A stretch of DNA of 64,000 nt from Nanobdellota archaeon. GTDB taxonomy: Archaea; Nanobdellota; Nanobdellia; Woesearchaeales; UBA9642. Position numbers and translations under genes: made by a program. Under the pieces are notes generated by a model. The model made no database searches. It was not told the DNA's origin and saw only the letters and a program-made list of their open reading frames with translations. This document shows, piece after piece, positions 10,625 to 20,164 of this stretch (the first letter of the stretch is position 1; every line of letters begins with the position of its first letter). The stretch covers positions 9,982-73,981 of the forward strand of contig JAKAKR010000012.1 of NCBI GenBank assembly GCA_021813435.1, read 5' to 3'.

Positions 10625-11685
10625 TTTAGCATGTTAATGATTCTTTCGGTAACCTTCTCTCCAAATGGGTTCATCCAGTCACGATCAGAATATATTAACT
10701 TCTCGGATGCTTTTTTTAGATTATCATATTCGTGATTAGAAAGTATTGATGCACCAACCTCAATTGTCTCAGGTCTTTCAGTGTTATCTCTCAAGGTGAT
10801 ACAAGGTGTTTTCAGTATGCATGATTCTTCTTGTATCCCTCCTGAATCTGTATAAACAATTTTGCTTTTAGAGATTAGAATTAGGGTGTCAAGATATTTT
10901 GTTGGTTCAATAACTTTGATAGATGTAGGTATAGTGATATGATATTTCGCAATGATATTGAGTGTTCTCGGATGTATTGGAAATACTATTTCTAACGAAT
11001 ATTCTTGGCTTATCCTATCAATTGACGATAAAAGTTGCGAAAGCTTCGTTGGATCATCAACATTCGAGGGTCTGTGCAATGTAAGTAAAGCAAAGTTATT
11101 TGATAAATTCAACGTATTTAATATTTCACTATTCTTATATGCAAGTTCTAGGTTACAATTGACTGCATCGGATATAGTATTCCCTGAAACTATTACCTTA
11201 TTCTCTGCGATTCCTTCCTTCAATAATATTTGTGCTTGTATACGCGTGGGGCAAAATAAATAGTCGGATATGTGGTCAACGAGTATGCGATTCTTTTCTT
11301 CCGGCATAGTATTATCATAGCTGCGCAGACCTGCTTCTATATGGACTAGTTTTATGTTCAATTTCGAAGCAGTCAAAGCGCCCGCTAAAGTGCTGTTGGT
11401 ATCACCTTGTACAATTACGTAAGTCGGCTGCTCTTTGATCAATATCGGTTCGATTTTTTGCATCATTGTTCCAGTTTGCTGGGCGTGGCTTGCTGATCCA
11501 ATATTTAAATTATATTTCGGATTAGGTAGCATTAATTCCCGAAAAAAAACAGAGTCCATATTTTCATCATAGTGCTGATTAGTATGGATAATAAAAAAAT
11601 TTATTTTTTTATTGAGGAGTTCTCTAATAATCGGACTAAATTTTATTATTTCTGGTCTAGTCCCTAAAACAATACAAATCATCAT
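10621..11685 (-). CDS. wecB: UDP-N-acetylglucosamine 2-epimerase (non-hydrolysing).
   Basis: Hallmark motifs GTRPEIIK, HTNQHYD and HIEAGLRS are present. Length is 354 aa. Confidence 0.85.
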   Translation of the reverse strand: MMICIVLGTRPEIIKFSPIIRELLNKKINFFIIHTNQHYDENMDSVFFRELMLPNPKYNLNIGSASHAQQTGTMMQKIEPILIKEQPTYVIVQGDTNSTLAGALTASKLNIKLVHIEAGLRSYDNTMPEEKNRILVDHISDYLFCPTRIQAQILLKEGIAENKVIVSGNTISDAVNCNLELAYKNSEILNTLNLSNNFALLTLHRPSNVDDPTKLSQLLSSIDRISQEYSLEIVFPIHPRTLNIIAKYHITIPTSIKVIEPTKYLDTLILISKSKIVYTDSGGIQEESCILKTPCITLRDNTERPETIEVGASILSNHEYDNLKKASEKLIYSDRDWMNPFGEKVTERIINMLK

Positions 11686-13463
11686 TTTAACCCCAATTTA
11701 CCTATACAATATGTTATTGATTCTGTCGCATAAACACTCACAGTTAATACACCTGCAATAGGATGCACAACCCAAGCAAAATTTCTATCCTTAAAAATCA
11801 TATAAACAGACTCTATGAATGGTCCCACAAATGTTGCCAAATAAATAATCGATAATACAAATTTAATGTTACTAGTATCTCTCATCCAGATACTTCCGAT
11901 ATTTCTGTCATAACGCCATAACACTTTACTCACTATCTTTTTTCTTTTTTTTACAAAATCAGTTAAAGAGTTGGCATAATAGTGATAGATGTATGCATTA
12001 TTAGGTATTGCGTAAGTACTATATCCTTTTGTACGCAAATAATTTACGAAATTGGCTTCTTCAAAAATCGAGGTATCTTTCCAGTATTTACTCACCAGGG
12101 TTTTGTTCCATAAAAATCCATTTGCTCCCGTAATATACGGTTTGTCGGGCATTTGAAAAATTAAAGAATAATATTTCTTATGCACCACTGTTCTAGGTGG
12201 AGTGCACAGCATTCGAGCAAGAGGGTCAGAAATTCTTAGAAGTGTACAATATTTATTAATTAACGTCATATTTGTATTTATTGTCATCTTTGATTCAACG
12301 CCAATAATATTTGTTTCGTTATGCATGGCGTATATCATGTTCAGTAACCAATATTCATTTGTGATTATATTATCGGAGTCTAGAAGTATAAAATATTCAG
12401 TTGTACATTTTTTTATACCTACCGCTTTCCCATATTCTGCTATACGATGGGGATTGTTCTCAATTTTAACATCATATTTCTTTGCGATATTCAAGGTATC
12501 ATCTTTCGAACCGCCATCGATTATTATTACATCGAATTTGTTTTTAGGATACTTTTGCATAAAAATTCCGTTCAAACAATCTACAAAGTATTTATCAGAG
12601 TTATAAGTCGTAATTATAAAAGTTACTGGAGGGTAATGTGACAACATCGGCTGACTTTCAATGTAACTTTTTAATCCCTTTTTAAAAGAAATGAACTCAT
12701 TCAATTTTAGGACAAAAAGCCCGAATAAAAGTAATGGATGCAATAATCCATTTATTAACACCTTAAAAGGACTGAATCTCTTAAAAATATTGCGTTGATT
12801 ATTTGAAATAACACGATTCTTTTTTTGATACAAATAAAAATATTTTGCGTAATCTTCCTTCTTTTTTTTGATATTTGAAATATTTAGCTCACCTTCATCA
12901 TGCATTAATAATAGTTTTGTACGATATATCTTGTTGGTATATTTTCGAATTCTATTGTTTAAATCCCAATCTTCAAAAGCATTTAAGTCTTCATCATACC
13001 CCCCGATTTTTAAAAAGACTTTTTTATCGAAAAATCTTGCTGCTTCTATTAAATCATTCCCAACGTAAAAGCTTCTCTCAAACGCCTTAACTTTAGCCCA
13101 ATACCCGATACCGATGGATTTCTCGGGAAGGATTATTGCTTTGCAATTCGTCTGCTCAGCAAGCTCAACGCATTCCTTCACAGAATCTTTATGAAAATAA
13201 ATATCTGAGTCATGAATAAGCAAATACCTTCCTTTAGATTTTTTTGCACCAAAATTTCGCTGTGCACTTCGTTCAGGACCTTTCGTATAGAATTTATCTG
13301 CATATTTTTTTGCTATTTCTGGTGTCTTGTCAGTACTGTTATTATCAACCACAATTAATTCAATATGTCTATAACTTTGATTCTTAATTGTTCTCAAACA
13401 TCTTTCCAAAGTTCTTCCGGAGTTCTTTGTTGTTATGATAACCGAAACTAATGGCTTATCCAT
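11682..13463 (-). CDS. Bifunctional glycosyltransferase with two tandem GT2 (GT-A) domains and a C-terminal membrane anchor.
   Basis: The first domain reads VSVIITTKNSG...DNNSTD...DSD. The second, around residue 280, reads VTFIITTYNSD...DGGSKDDT...DSDN. The tail is hydrophobic. Confidence 0.7.
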   Translation of the reverse strand: MDKPLVSVIITTKNSGRTLERCLRTIKNQSYRHIELIVVDNNSTDKTPEIAKKYADKFYTKGPERSAQRNFGAKKSKGRYLLIHDSDIYFHKDSVKECVELAEQTNCKAIILPEKSIGIGYWAKVKAFERSFYVGNDLIEAARFFDKKVFLKIGGYDEDLNAFEDWDLNNRIRKYTNKIYRTKLLLMHDEGELNISNIKKKKEDYAKYFYLYQKKNRVISNNQRNIFKRFSPFKVLINGLLHPLLLFGLFVLKLNEFISFKKGLKSYIESQPMLSHYPPVTFIITTYNSDKYFVDCLNGIFMQKYPKNKFDVIIIDGGSKDDTLNIAKKYDVKIENNPHRIAEYGKAVGIKKCTTEYFILLDSDNIITNEYWLLNMIYAMHNETNIIGVESKMTINTNMTLINKYCTLLRISDPLARMLCTPPRTVVHKKYYSLIFQMPDKPYITGANGFLWNKTLVSKYWKDTSIFEEANFVNYLRTKGYSTYAIPNNAYIYHYYANSLTDFVKKRKKIVSKVLWRYDRNIGSIWMRDTSNIKFVLSIIYLATFVGPFIESVYMIFKDRNFAWVVHPIAGVLTVSVYATESITYCIGKLGLK

Positions 13464-14491
13464 TTCTCAAGCCTCCCGATGTTTTTGTTCCAGTCTGCGT
13501 GTGTTCTTGCAAATGTTATTGATTCGGTAGCATGATATTGTGGATTTTCAATCATCTTGTCCATTGCAGTGCGCATTTCTTTAATATTCCTGCACATAAT
13601 TCCTGTCTTATTGGCGTCGCGTAGTCCGGGGACGTCATAGGTTATAGCTATTGTCCCATTCGCATTGGCTTCAGTCACGATGAGTCCCCACCCTTCACGT
13701 ACTGAGGTCACAAGTATCGCAAGACTTTTTGCCATAATCTTATCCCGCTCCATTAAACCAATCTGTCCAGTAAATACGACCTTTTGTTCCAGATGAAGTT
13801 TTCTTACGAGGCGCATAAGATCTTTTTTATAATCGCCATCACCAATAACATACAATTTCGCATCAACATCAACCATTGCCCGTATTGCATCCTGCGCCCG
13901 TTTGCTCTTCTTGAGCCTGCCACAAAACACGAATGCATGCTCCTTATCAGAAACATTCGACATTGGCGTAAAATCAATCTGGTTTTCAAGAACCAATATC
14001 TCTTTTGGATTCATCCAGGCATAAGAGACTAAATCATTCTTAGTGGAGTTTGAGACAACAAATGCGCGTGTACATGCATATAATTTTAGATAACACCATT
14101 CACAAACAATGCCGATTGTTGCAACGGCAATATTTTTTTCATAAAACCATACATCAAGCGCTAATTGGTGAAAAAACGCAACTCTCTTCTTGCGTGGAAC
14201 ATAGAGTGGGGTAAAAAATGGGACAGTATTCACCTGATCAATTACTAAATCATAATTACCTCGCTTATAAAATTTGTAGGCTTCAATATATACTGAGAGC
14301 GGGGTCCCAGAGCGGGCAATCGTATATCCATGATAATTCTCAGATTTTCTTGAGCCCTGAAACCTGCTTGAAAACAATGTAACAGAATGGCCTTCTCGAG
14401 CAAGTCCCGCAAGATAATTATCAGTCACGATCTCAGCACCGCCCTTAAGCGGATTCTTCATATCCCTCCATGCGAGCATGAGGATGTTCAT
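13448..14491 (-). CDS. Family 4 glycosyltransferase (GT-B).
   Basis: MNILMLAWRD...GGAE is a GT4 N-terminus. The C-terminal VREGWGLIVTEANANG carries the E..E motif. Confidence 0.7.
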   Translation of the reverse strand: MNILMLAWRDMKNPLKGGAEIVTDNYLAGLAREGHSVTLFSSRFQGSRKSENYHGYTIARSGTPLSVYIEAYKFYKRGNYDLVIDQVNTVPFFTPLYVPRKKRVAFFHQLALDVWFYEKNIAVATIGIVCEWCYLKLYACTRAFVVSNSTKNDLVSYAWMNPKEILVLENQIDFTPMSNVSDKEHAFVFCGRLKKSKRAQDAIRAMVDVDAKLYVIGDGDYKKDLMRLVRKLHLEQKVVFTGQIGLMERDKIMAKSLAILVTSVREGWGLIVTEANANGTIAITYDVPGLRDANKTGIMCRNIKEMRTAMDKMIENPQYHATESITFARTHADWNKNIGRLEKWISH

Positions 14492-15234
14492 TTGTTCTGA
14501 TAATACCTCAATATGTAGTATCTATACCATATCGCTAATGTGTCGATGAGCATTCCGCGCACTGTCTTGGTGTTTATTCCAGTGCCCGAATTCTTATAAT
14601 CAAGAGTGATAGGTGCCTCCACAATCCGGAATCCATGCTTATGGGCAAGAAAACATAATTCCAGATCAAAAGCATATTGTTTTACCAAGATATACGGCAT
14701 GATAATTTTTAGGACATCGCGCTTCATGAGTTTCAGTCCAGTCTGGGTATCATGCAATTTAAGTCCAAAAAACACGCGGATAAACATTGAATACCAAAAT
14801 GATAGTACGCGCCGAAAGAACGGATACTGCAGTTTAGAGAATGGATGCCTTTTTGATCCGACGACCATATCAGCTGCTGAAAGATAGGGATACATCCGCT
14901 TGAGTTGCAAGGGATCAATATCCATATCCGCATCAAGAAACGTAACCAATTCACCCGTCGATGCCTCAAATCCCTTCTTTAATGCATAACCCTTCCCATG
15001 ATTAGTCTTATAAGAAATGATCTTAATCCCTACAACCTTGCGCGCCTCGCGATAAGTATTATCCACATGCCCATCAATAACTAAGATAATCTCATAATCA
15101 GATACTACGCCCGAAAGCTTGCGCTTAATAACCTCAAGATTATTCCGGATAGTACGCCCTTCCCGATATGCAGGGATAATAATGCTTAATTTTTTCGACT
15201 GCATATAATAAAACCCCCTCGAAAGGAAAATCAA
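14488..15234 (-). CDS. Dolichyl-phosphate glycosyltransferase of the DPM1/AglD/ArnC type (GT2).
   Basis: LSIIIPAYREG...DGHVDNT...LDADMD is present in a 248 aa ORF. This is the typical short Dol-P-sugar synthase architecture. An alternative start at MQSKK is at 15204. Confidence 0.65.
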   Translation of the reverse strand: MIFLSRGFYYMQSKKLSIIIPAYREGRTIRNNLEVIKRKLSGVVSDYEIILVIDGHVDNTYREARKVVGIKIISYKTNHGKGYALKKGFEASTGELVTFLDADMDIDPLQLKRMYPYLSAADMVVGSKRHPFSKLQYPFFRRVLSFWYSMFIRVFFGLKLHDTQTGLKLMKRDVLKIIMPYILVKQYAFDLELCFLAHKHGFRIVEAPITLDYKNSGTGINTKTVRGMLIDTLAIWYRYYILRYYQNK

Positions 15235-15242
15235 TACATCAT

Positions 15243-16535
15243 TTATAAATGTTTATGTTTTTTTGAGGACCGCAGCGTATAGAAAAAGAGACATACAAAT
15301 AGGGCCCCCAGAACAAGCAGCATCATCAGAATCACCAAGAAGAGACTGGTATGAAAAAGAAAGATAAGACCGATCTCTACAATAATCGCACCGATAACAT
15401 AATAGATGAACGCGTAACGTTTCAGGGCAAGATTATACATAATCATGATCTGATTTAAGGAATACAATCCGAAAGCAAGACCATAAAACCCGATAAGTCC
15501 AGAGATATCATATGCCGCGCCGTAGAACAAACGAACAATAATGTGAGGAATATAAAAATACAAGAGTGTTATTGCACCAACAATAAGTGCAGCATAGCCA
15601 AGCGTACTCTTGAATAGTTTAAATGTATCCTTACCCCGCGCATGCAAGTAAACAACTTTAGGGAACATAACCCCGACAAAGAACCCCGACGCAAACCAGA
15701 CGATTTTTGCAATATTGTCCGCGGCAGCAAAAAAACCTGCCTCGCGACTGCTAAAAAAGTGTTTAACAAGAAGGATATCAATCGTAATGAGCAGTGCAGG
15801 AATAAGAGTAGTTATAAGAACGGGAACAGCGTATTTGAGTACGTCAAGATGCTTGATCTTCTTCGGACGAACTTTACGCAATCGCAAAAGTGCAAAAAAC
15901 CCCACAATAAACGCAATAATAATCCCTGCAACAACTCCACCAATGGCTCCTGCAATACCAAAGCCGAGGACAACAAAAAGTATACCCAACACAAGCTTCA
16001 AGCCACTGCTGATGATACTCGTCACATTCTGATAGAGGAACCGCTGCAAGCCATTCAGATAGCCGCCAATGACTGCAAAAAGGATACTCACAAATCCCAG
16101 CACACCCACAAGGATTAAACCTGCAGCAACATCAAGCTTGAGAAATCGTGCAATCATTGGAACCAAAAGGATAAATAACCCGAGAAGAATGATCCCGATG
16201 ATCGTAAGATACCGAAAACTGCTCGTAATAAGGGTGCGGAGTCGTCCATAATCCTTGCGTGCACGATACGTTGCCGTATAATGGGAGATTACTGTCGTGA
16301 TAGTCCCTCCACCGATTTGGACAATATAGATGAATGCAAAAAGACTTCCTAAAACACCGTATGTCTCTGGACCTAGTGTACGACCCATATAGATCTGATA
16401 CAAGTAATTTGCAATTGAGGAGAATAACGAACCAAAAAGGAATATGCCGCTTGCAAGAAGCAAACCATCATCCTTATCCAATATCCGTTTAATATATTTT
16501 CTCATGACTATCAATCTCTCCCGCATCTTCTGCAA
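15243..16535 (-). CDS. MOP-superfamily oligosaccharide flippase (Wzx/AglR-like polysaccharide biosynthesis protein).
   Basis: A 430 aa ORF with ~12-14 TM helices, a positive N-terminus and a glycine-rich helix pattern. It sits inside the GT cluster. An alternative start is at 16505. Confidence 0.55.
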   Translation of the reverse strand: MQKMRERLIVMRKYIKRILDKDDGLLLASGIFLFGSLFSSIANYLYQIYMGRTLGPETYGVLGSLFAFIYIVQIGGGTITTVISHYTATYRARKDYGRLRTLITSSFRYLTIIGIILLGLFILLVPMIARFLKLDVAAGLILVGVLGFVSILFAVIGGYLNGLQRFLYQNVTSIISSGLKLVLGILFVVLGFGIAGAIGGVVAGIIIAFIVGFFALLRLRKVRPKKIKHLDVLKYAVPVLITTLIPALLITIDILLVKHFFSSREAGFFAAADNIAKIVWFASGFFVGVMFPKVVYLHARGKDTFKLFKSTLGYAALIVGAITLLYFYIPHIIVRLFYGAAYDISGLIGFYGLAFGLYSLNQIMIMYNLALKRYAFIYYVIGAIIVEIGLIFLFHTSLFLVILMMLLVLGALFVCLFFYTLRSSKKHKHL

Positions 16536-17397
16536 GGGCGAAATACTTCAATAAATATCCAAATATAAGGACTGTTCCAAGATAGAGCGTTAACACACGG
16601 ATCACTGACGATAAACCAAGGATTGTTCCCACACCAAAAACTAACAGCAGGGCAATGCCGACAAATAAAAACACCCTGCTAAAAAATAGTCGACCGGTAT
16701 GCACAAACGCAAATGCTGTTGTATAATTTTTACGCAATTCTCCAAACTCCAAGAGAACACCGATGACCAGAAAATAGAACGCATAAATCGCTGCAGCCTC
16801 AGCGCCATTATTAAATTTATAGATCAAAAGAAACGGACAAAGCCAAAGTAAAAGGATTGCGGGAAGGATCATATAACGCGCATCAATACGATACGCGAAA
16901 AATAGTATTCCTGCTAATACAAAACAGACAAAAAGCAGCTCCACATTCAGTGCCTTCCATAGTCCGGTATAAAACAAGAGGGTAAACACCCCAATGATAC
17001 TGTAAGAGGCGATAAGCACCAACGCGGAAAAATGATGCTGTATGAACAGCAGCAATCGCTGAAACACCCGAACAATAGATTTGAATAATGAAAGAAAAAA
17101 AGATGAAAACGCAAACCTTCGTGCATGTGATTTATGAGGATGCACGTCATGATGATAAACGCGATGGGTGGAATGCAAGCGTGATTGCAATCGATCAAAA
17201 AATGCAAGAATCCGCGCAATGTCTATATATGCAAGAATAGTCAACAATAAGATAAATGCAAGTGCAAAACTTACCCGGATAGAAAGACCAGGAAAAAGCA
17301 GTGCAGGCTTGAGCAGAGCATATGCTTCAAGAACAATAAGTCCGATAAGTAGGTATAAGAGGTAAGATCGATAGTTGCGCAAAATTCCCCCCATCAT
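16489..17397 (-). CDS. Hypothetical polytopic membrane protein with a His-rich loop (HSTHRVYHHDVHPHKSH).
   Basis: A 302 aa hydrophobic ORF. It is the first gene of the minus-strand cluster. Confidence 0.45.
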   Translation of the reverse strand: MMGGILRNYRSYLLYLLIGLIVLEAYALLKPALLFPGLSIRVSFALAFILLLTILAYIDIARILAFFDRLQSRLHSTHRVYHHDVHPHKSHARRFAFSSFFLSLFKSIVRVFQRLLLFIQHHFSALVLIASYSIIGVFTLLFYTGLWKALNVELLFVCFVLAGILFFAYRIDARYMILPAILLLWLCPFLLIYKFNNGAEAAAIYAFYFLVIGVLLEFGELRKNYTTAFAFVHTGRLFFSRVFLFVGIALLLVFGVGTILGLSSVIRVLTLYLGTVLIFGYLLKYFALAEDAGEIDSHEKIY

Positions 17398-17432
17398 CGT
17401 GGATACAGACGGATTATTTATAAAATTAACGT

Positions 17433-17894
17433 TTGGAGAGAGTTCAGGAAGAGGATAAACTATATAAAGATGTGCATGATAGGGTTATCATGCGTTTCAC
17501 CCGTATTACTATTATCAGGATCCATCATCCGGATTCAGACAATATCAATGAGGAGTTGCAGTATCTCGGGCATTCACTCGGACTATTCAGCGAGCGCGAC
17601 AAGGACAAGAGCTGCTATCGCATCTTTGTCATACTCATCAAGGCATTGAAAACCAGAAAACAGCTCACGAGCGACGATATCGCAGCGCTCACGCATCTTT
17701 CCCGCGGAACAGTCATCCACCATCTCACAAGGCTCATGGAAGCAGGGATCGTCACGAACCAGAAGAATTATTACATCCTCTCAGTCGATAATATGGCGGA
17801 GCTCGTGGATCTTGTCAAGAAGAATCTCGATAAAACATTTACCCAGTTGCAGGGGATCGCAAAGAATATCGATAAGAAACTCGCGCTTGAATAA
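17433..17894 (+). CDS. Winged-helix transcriptional regulator (ArsR/TrmB-like).
   Basis: HTH segment LTSDDIAALTHLSRGTVIHHLTRLMEAGIV. It is divergent from the glycan cluster. Confidence 0.5.
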   Translation: MERVQEEDKLYKDVHDRVIMRFTRITIIRIHHPDSDNINEELQYLGHSLGLFSERDKDKSCYRIFVILIKALKTRKQLTSDDIAALTHLSRGTVIHHLTRLMEAGIVTNQKNYYILSVDNMAELVDLVKKNLDKTFTQLQGIAKNIDKKLALE

Positions 17895-17921
17895 TAATTC
17901 TAAAAAACATCAGCAATACTA

Positions 17922-18125
17922 TTACAGTGCTTTAGAGAGCGTTTTGATATGATTATTGAGCGTGTTGATGCATTCAACAATATGCGCCTGTGCCTGTTCA
18001 ACAGTAATCTTGTCATTTTTAAATTGTGCCGCCTTGTCATAAAGGGTCGAAGCATCAACCGTCATACCCCTACTTGTAGCTTCCATAACACGAACCATTG
18101 CATTTTTATCCATGTAAATCACCAC
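17922..18125 (-). CDS. Small hypothetical protein (67 aa).
   Basis: An ORF downstream of rpoK in the same orientation. No recognisable motif. Confidence 0.3.
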   Translation of the reverse strand: MVIYMDKNAMVRVMEATSRGMTVDASTLYDKAAQFKNDKITVEQAQAHIVECINTLNNHIKTLSKAL

Positions 18126-18256
18126 GCTATCCCTTGCGGGAAGTCATATAAATAGTTTACGAAAAAGGTCGCAGATATACTATCAGGAGAATATATGAAG
18201 CAAGGGATATAGCAGGGGAGAGAATTATATAAAAAAGAAGAATGAAAAAGAATAAT

Positions 18257-18475
18257 CTAATTGCGCTTGACTTCGATGGGGATGACGCCTGCCTCGAATT
18301 CGAGCTTTGCAATCTCGAGCGGATCATAATGCAATTCCTCGAGTCGCTTGGGAGTCAATTTGACGAGAAGTGGCGCGCCCATGGATATCTGGAGTGATCG
18401 TGCACCGATGATGCGTGCGCGTTCATATTTGGTCAATCGATCAAGAGGCCAATTGATATCATTCATAGGATTCAC
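18257..18475 (-). CDS. rpoK: DNA-directed RNA polymerase subunit Rpo6 (RpoK/Rpb6 homolog).
   Basis: [25 protein letters not shown] matches the conserved Rpb6/RpoK core. Confidence 0.8.
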   Translation of the reverse strand: MNPMNDINWPLDRLTKYERARIIGARSLQISMGAPLLVKLTPKRLEELHYDPLEIAKLEFEAGVIPIEVKRN

Positions 18476-19286
18476 CTGTTCTGGGAACTAAAGAATCCTT
18501 TATAAGTTTTCTTATTTCCGTAGCTTTTGCGAGTGCAAGCGTAAGCATCTTGTCGATGTCGGGTATCGTGAGTGTCCCGTATCCGCCTTTCTGCAATGCG
18601 CAAAGATTCCCATCGTCAGTGGTGGTGACGGTAAGCCGCGTATCGCAGGACTGCTCCTCGCTCTCCTGGGGATCGACAATGAAGAATCCGCCGATCTTAG
18701 AGACTGTGACTGCAATAGGGATTTTAGCAAGCGGAATCTTTTCTGCAGTCCGCTTCTTGTAGTTGATCTTATCATTTTCGACTGCGGGAAATGTTGCAGA
18801 AAGAATGGCCGCAACCGCTGCCATGCTTCCGACATCGAAGAGGTTTCCGTCATCGTTGATCGGACAAATATCGACATTGATTGTCCAGACCTTCTCACCT
18901 GCCTGGATACAGAGTCGCTTATTATCCAATGATTTGCTCTCCCTGATCCCGCGGTCAATCACGCGTGCAACCTCGATTGCATATGCATCCGGTGGTCCGC
19001 TTTCGTAACGGGGATTGCTGAGCGGCAAGAGCTCTGCGCCAACCATAAGGATTCCTTCATTGGGAGTATCCGGGTATGGTTTTTCCATAGTCATCTTGAC
19101 TCCTGCAATAACCTCAGTGTTTCCGCACTTTACCTGCGCTGATCCTTCTGCAGTTTCGATGAGTCCTGTCCGGACCTCTATAGGCCGAAACTCTGTCATG
19201 CTGCGCCCGTCATAACGAACGCCTTTAGTAAGGCATTCAATAATATGTTTTTTTGTTTCAATATCTACCATGGTCATCATCCTCAT
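18459..19286 (-). CDS. rrp42: Exosome complex component Rrp42 (RNase PH-like, inactive subunit).
   Basis: RNase PH fold sequence ([12 protein letters not shown]...[16 protein letters not shown]). It is adjacent to rrp41. Confidence 0.85.
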   Translation of the reverse strand: MRMMTMVDIETKKHIIECLTKGVRYDGRSMTEFRPIEVRTGLIETAEGSAQVKCGNTEVIAGVKMTMEKPYPDTPNEGILMVGAELLPLSNPRYESGPPDAYAIEVARVIDRGIRESKSLDNKRLCIQAGEKVWTINVDICPINDDGNLFDVGSMAAVAAILSATFPAVENDKINYKKRTAEKIPLAKIPIAVTVSKIGGFFIVDPQESEEQSCDTRLTVTTTDDGNLCALQKGGYGTLTIPDIDKMLTLALAKATEIRKLIKDSLVPRTGESYE

Positions 19287-19291
19287 CAGTA

Positions 19292-20164
19292 TTATCCCTG
19301 AGTCAAATCCGCTCCGGTATCTGTCGAGTCGGATTCATTATCTGCAGGTGCAGTTTGTGTAGTCGCTCCACTGTTTCCGTTGCCTGCGCTCTGTCCATTG
19401 TGTCCGTTGTTTCCGTTCAAGCCTTCGCCGGTTTCGCCATGAAATTTTTGCTTGAGCGCATTGCGCTGGATTGCAGAGATCTGGGGTATTGCCGCAGCTG
19501 CCTTGTGCAATGCTTCCATGAGCGCCTCGCGATTCACGATTCCATCCATCTGAAGGAGTGTGATCTCTCCAGTCGAGGGGACCATTGCGACCGGGATATC
19601 TGCGACGTGTTCAGAATCCACATGATCGACAAATTCCGGGAGGTGTTCCTCCTCGTAGTTCAAGTCGACAATGACGCGGTTGTCTGCCTGTCCGACTGCA
19701 ACTGCAGAAACAAGATCGCGCATTGCAAGTCCTGCGTCAGCAAGCGCAATTGCTGCAGCATTGATTCCGCAGCAGCGTGATCCTGCATCAGTCTGGGGCA
19801 ACTCGATGAATACATCAACGACTGCATTCGGGTAATCATCAAGATTGAGGACTGTGGATAATGCCTTTTCTGAGACCATGCTGATCTCTTTACTTCTCCT
19901 CGAGGGACCGGGCCTGACGCGTTCACCTGCGCCAGAAAATGGCATCATATTATAATTCACGCGCAAAATCCCTTTCTTGGGGTCCTGCATGAATTTCGGG
20001 AATAATTCCCGGGGACCATAGACTGCAGCATATGCCACAGTTTTTCCCATCTTGAAATATGCTGATCCATCAGCTTTAGGGATAACGCCTGCCTTTGCCT
20101 CTATTGGCCGGAGTTCGTCAAATCCTCGTCCGTCAACGCGTTTATTGTAAACCATTGTAATCAC
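19292..20164 (-). CDS. rrp41: Exosome complex exonuclease Rrp41 (RNase PH domain) with an unusual ~55 aa Gly/Asn/Ser/acidic C-terminal tail.
   Basis: RVDGRGFDELRPIEAKAGVIPKADGSAY...GTNDIYD. The tail GLNGNNGHNGQSAGNGNSGATTQTAPADNESDSTDTGADLTQG follows. Confidence 0.85.
   Translation of the reverse strand: MITMVYNKRVDGRGFDELRPIEAKAGVIPKADGSAYFKMGKTVAYAAVYGPRELFPKFMQDPKKGILRVNYNMMPFSGAGERVRPGPSRRSKEISMVSEKALSTVLNLDDYPNAVVDVFIELPQTDAGSRCCGINAAAIALADAGLAMRDLVSAVAVGQADNRVIVDLNYEEEHLPEFVDHVDSEHVADIPVAMVPSTGEITLLQMDGIVNREALMEALHKAAAAIPQISAIQRNALKQKFHGETGEGLNGNNGHNGQSAGNGNSGATTQTAPADNESDSTDTGADLTQG

Noticed and set aside
15642-16118. Plus-strand ORFs (158 and 105 aa) inside the flippase gene.
   Set aside because: They are antisense to a 430-aa multi-TM ORF and have Lys/Arg-rich low-complexity composition typical of shadow frames.
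18257-18475. The 72-aa ORF after rrp42 considered as ribosomal protein L37ae or RpoP (canonical superoperon members).
   Set aside because: It lacks the C4 zinc-ribbon cysteines. The sequence instead matches the Rpb6/RpoK core [21 protein letters not shown].
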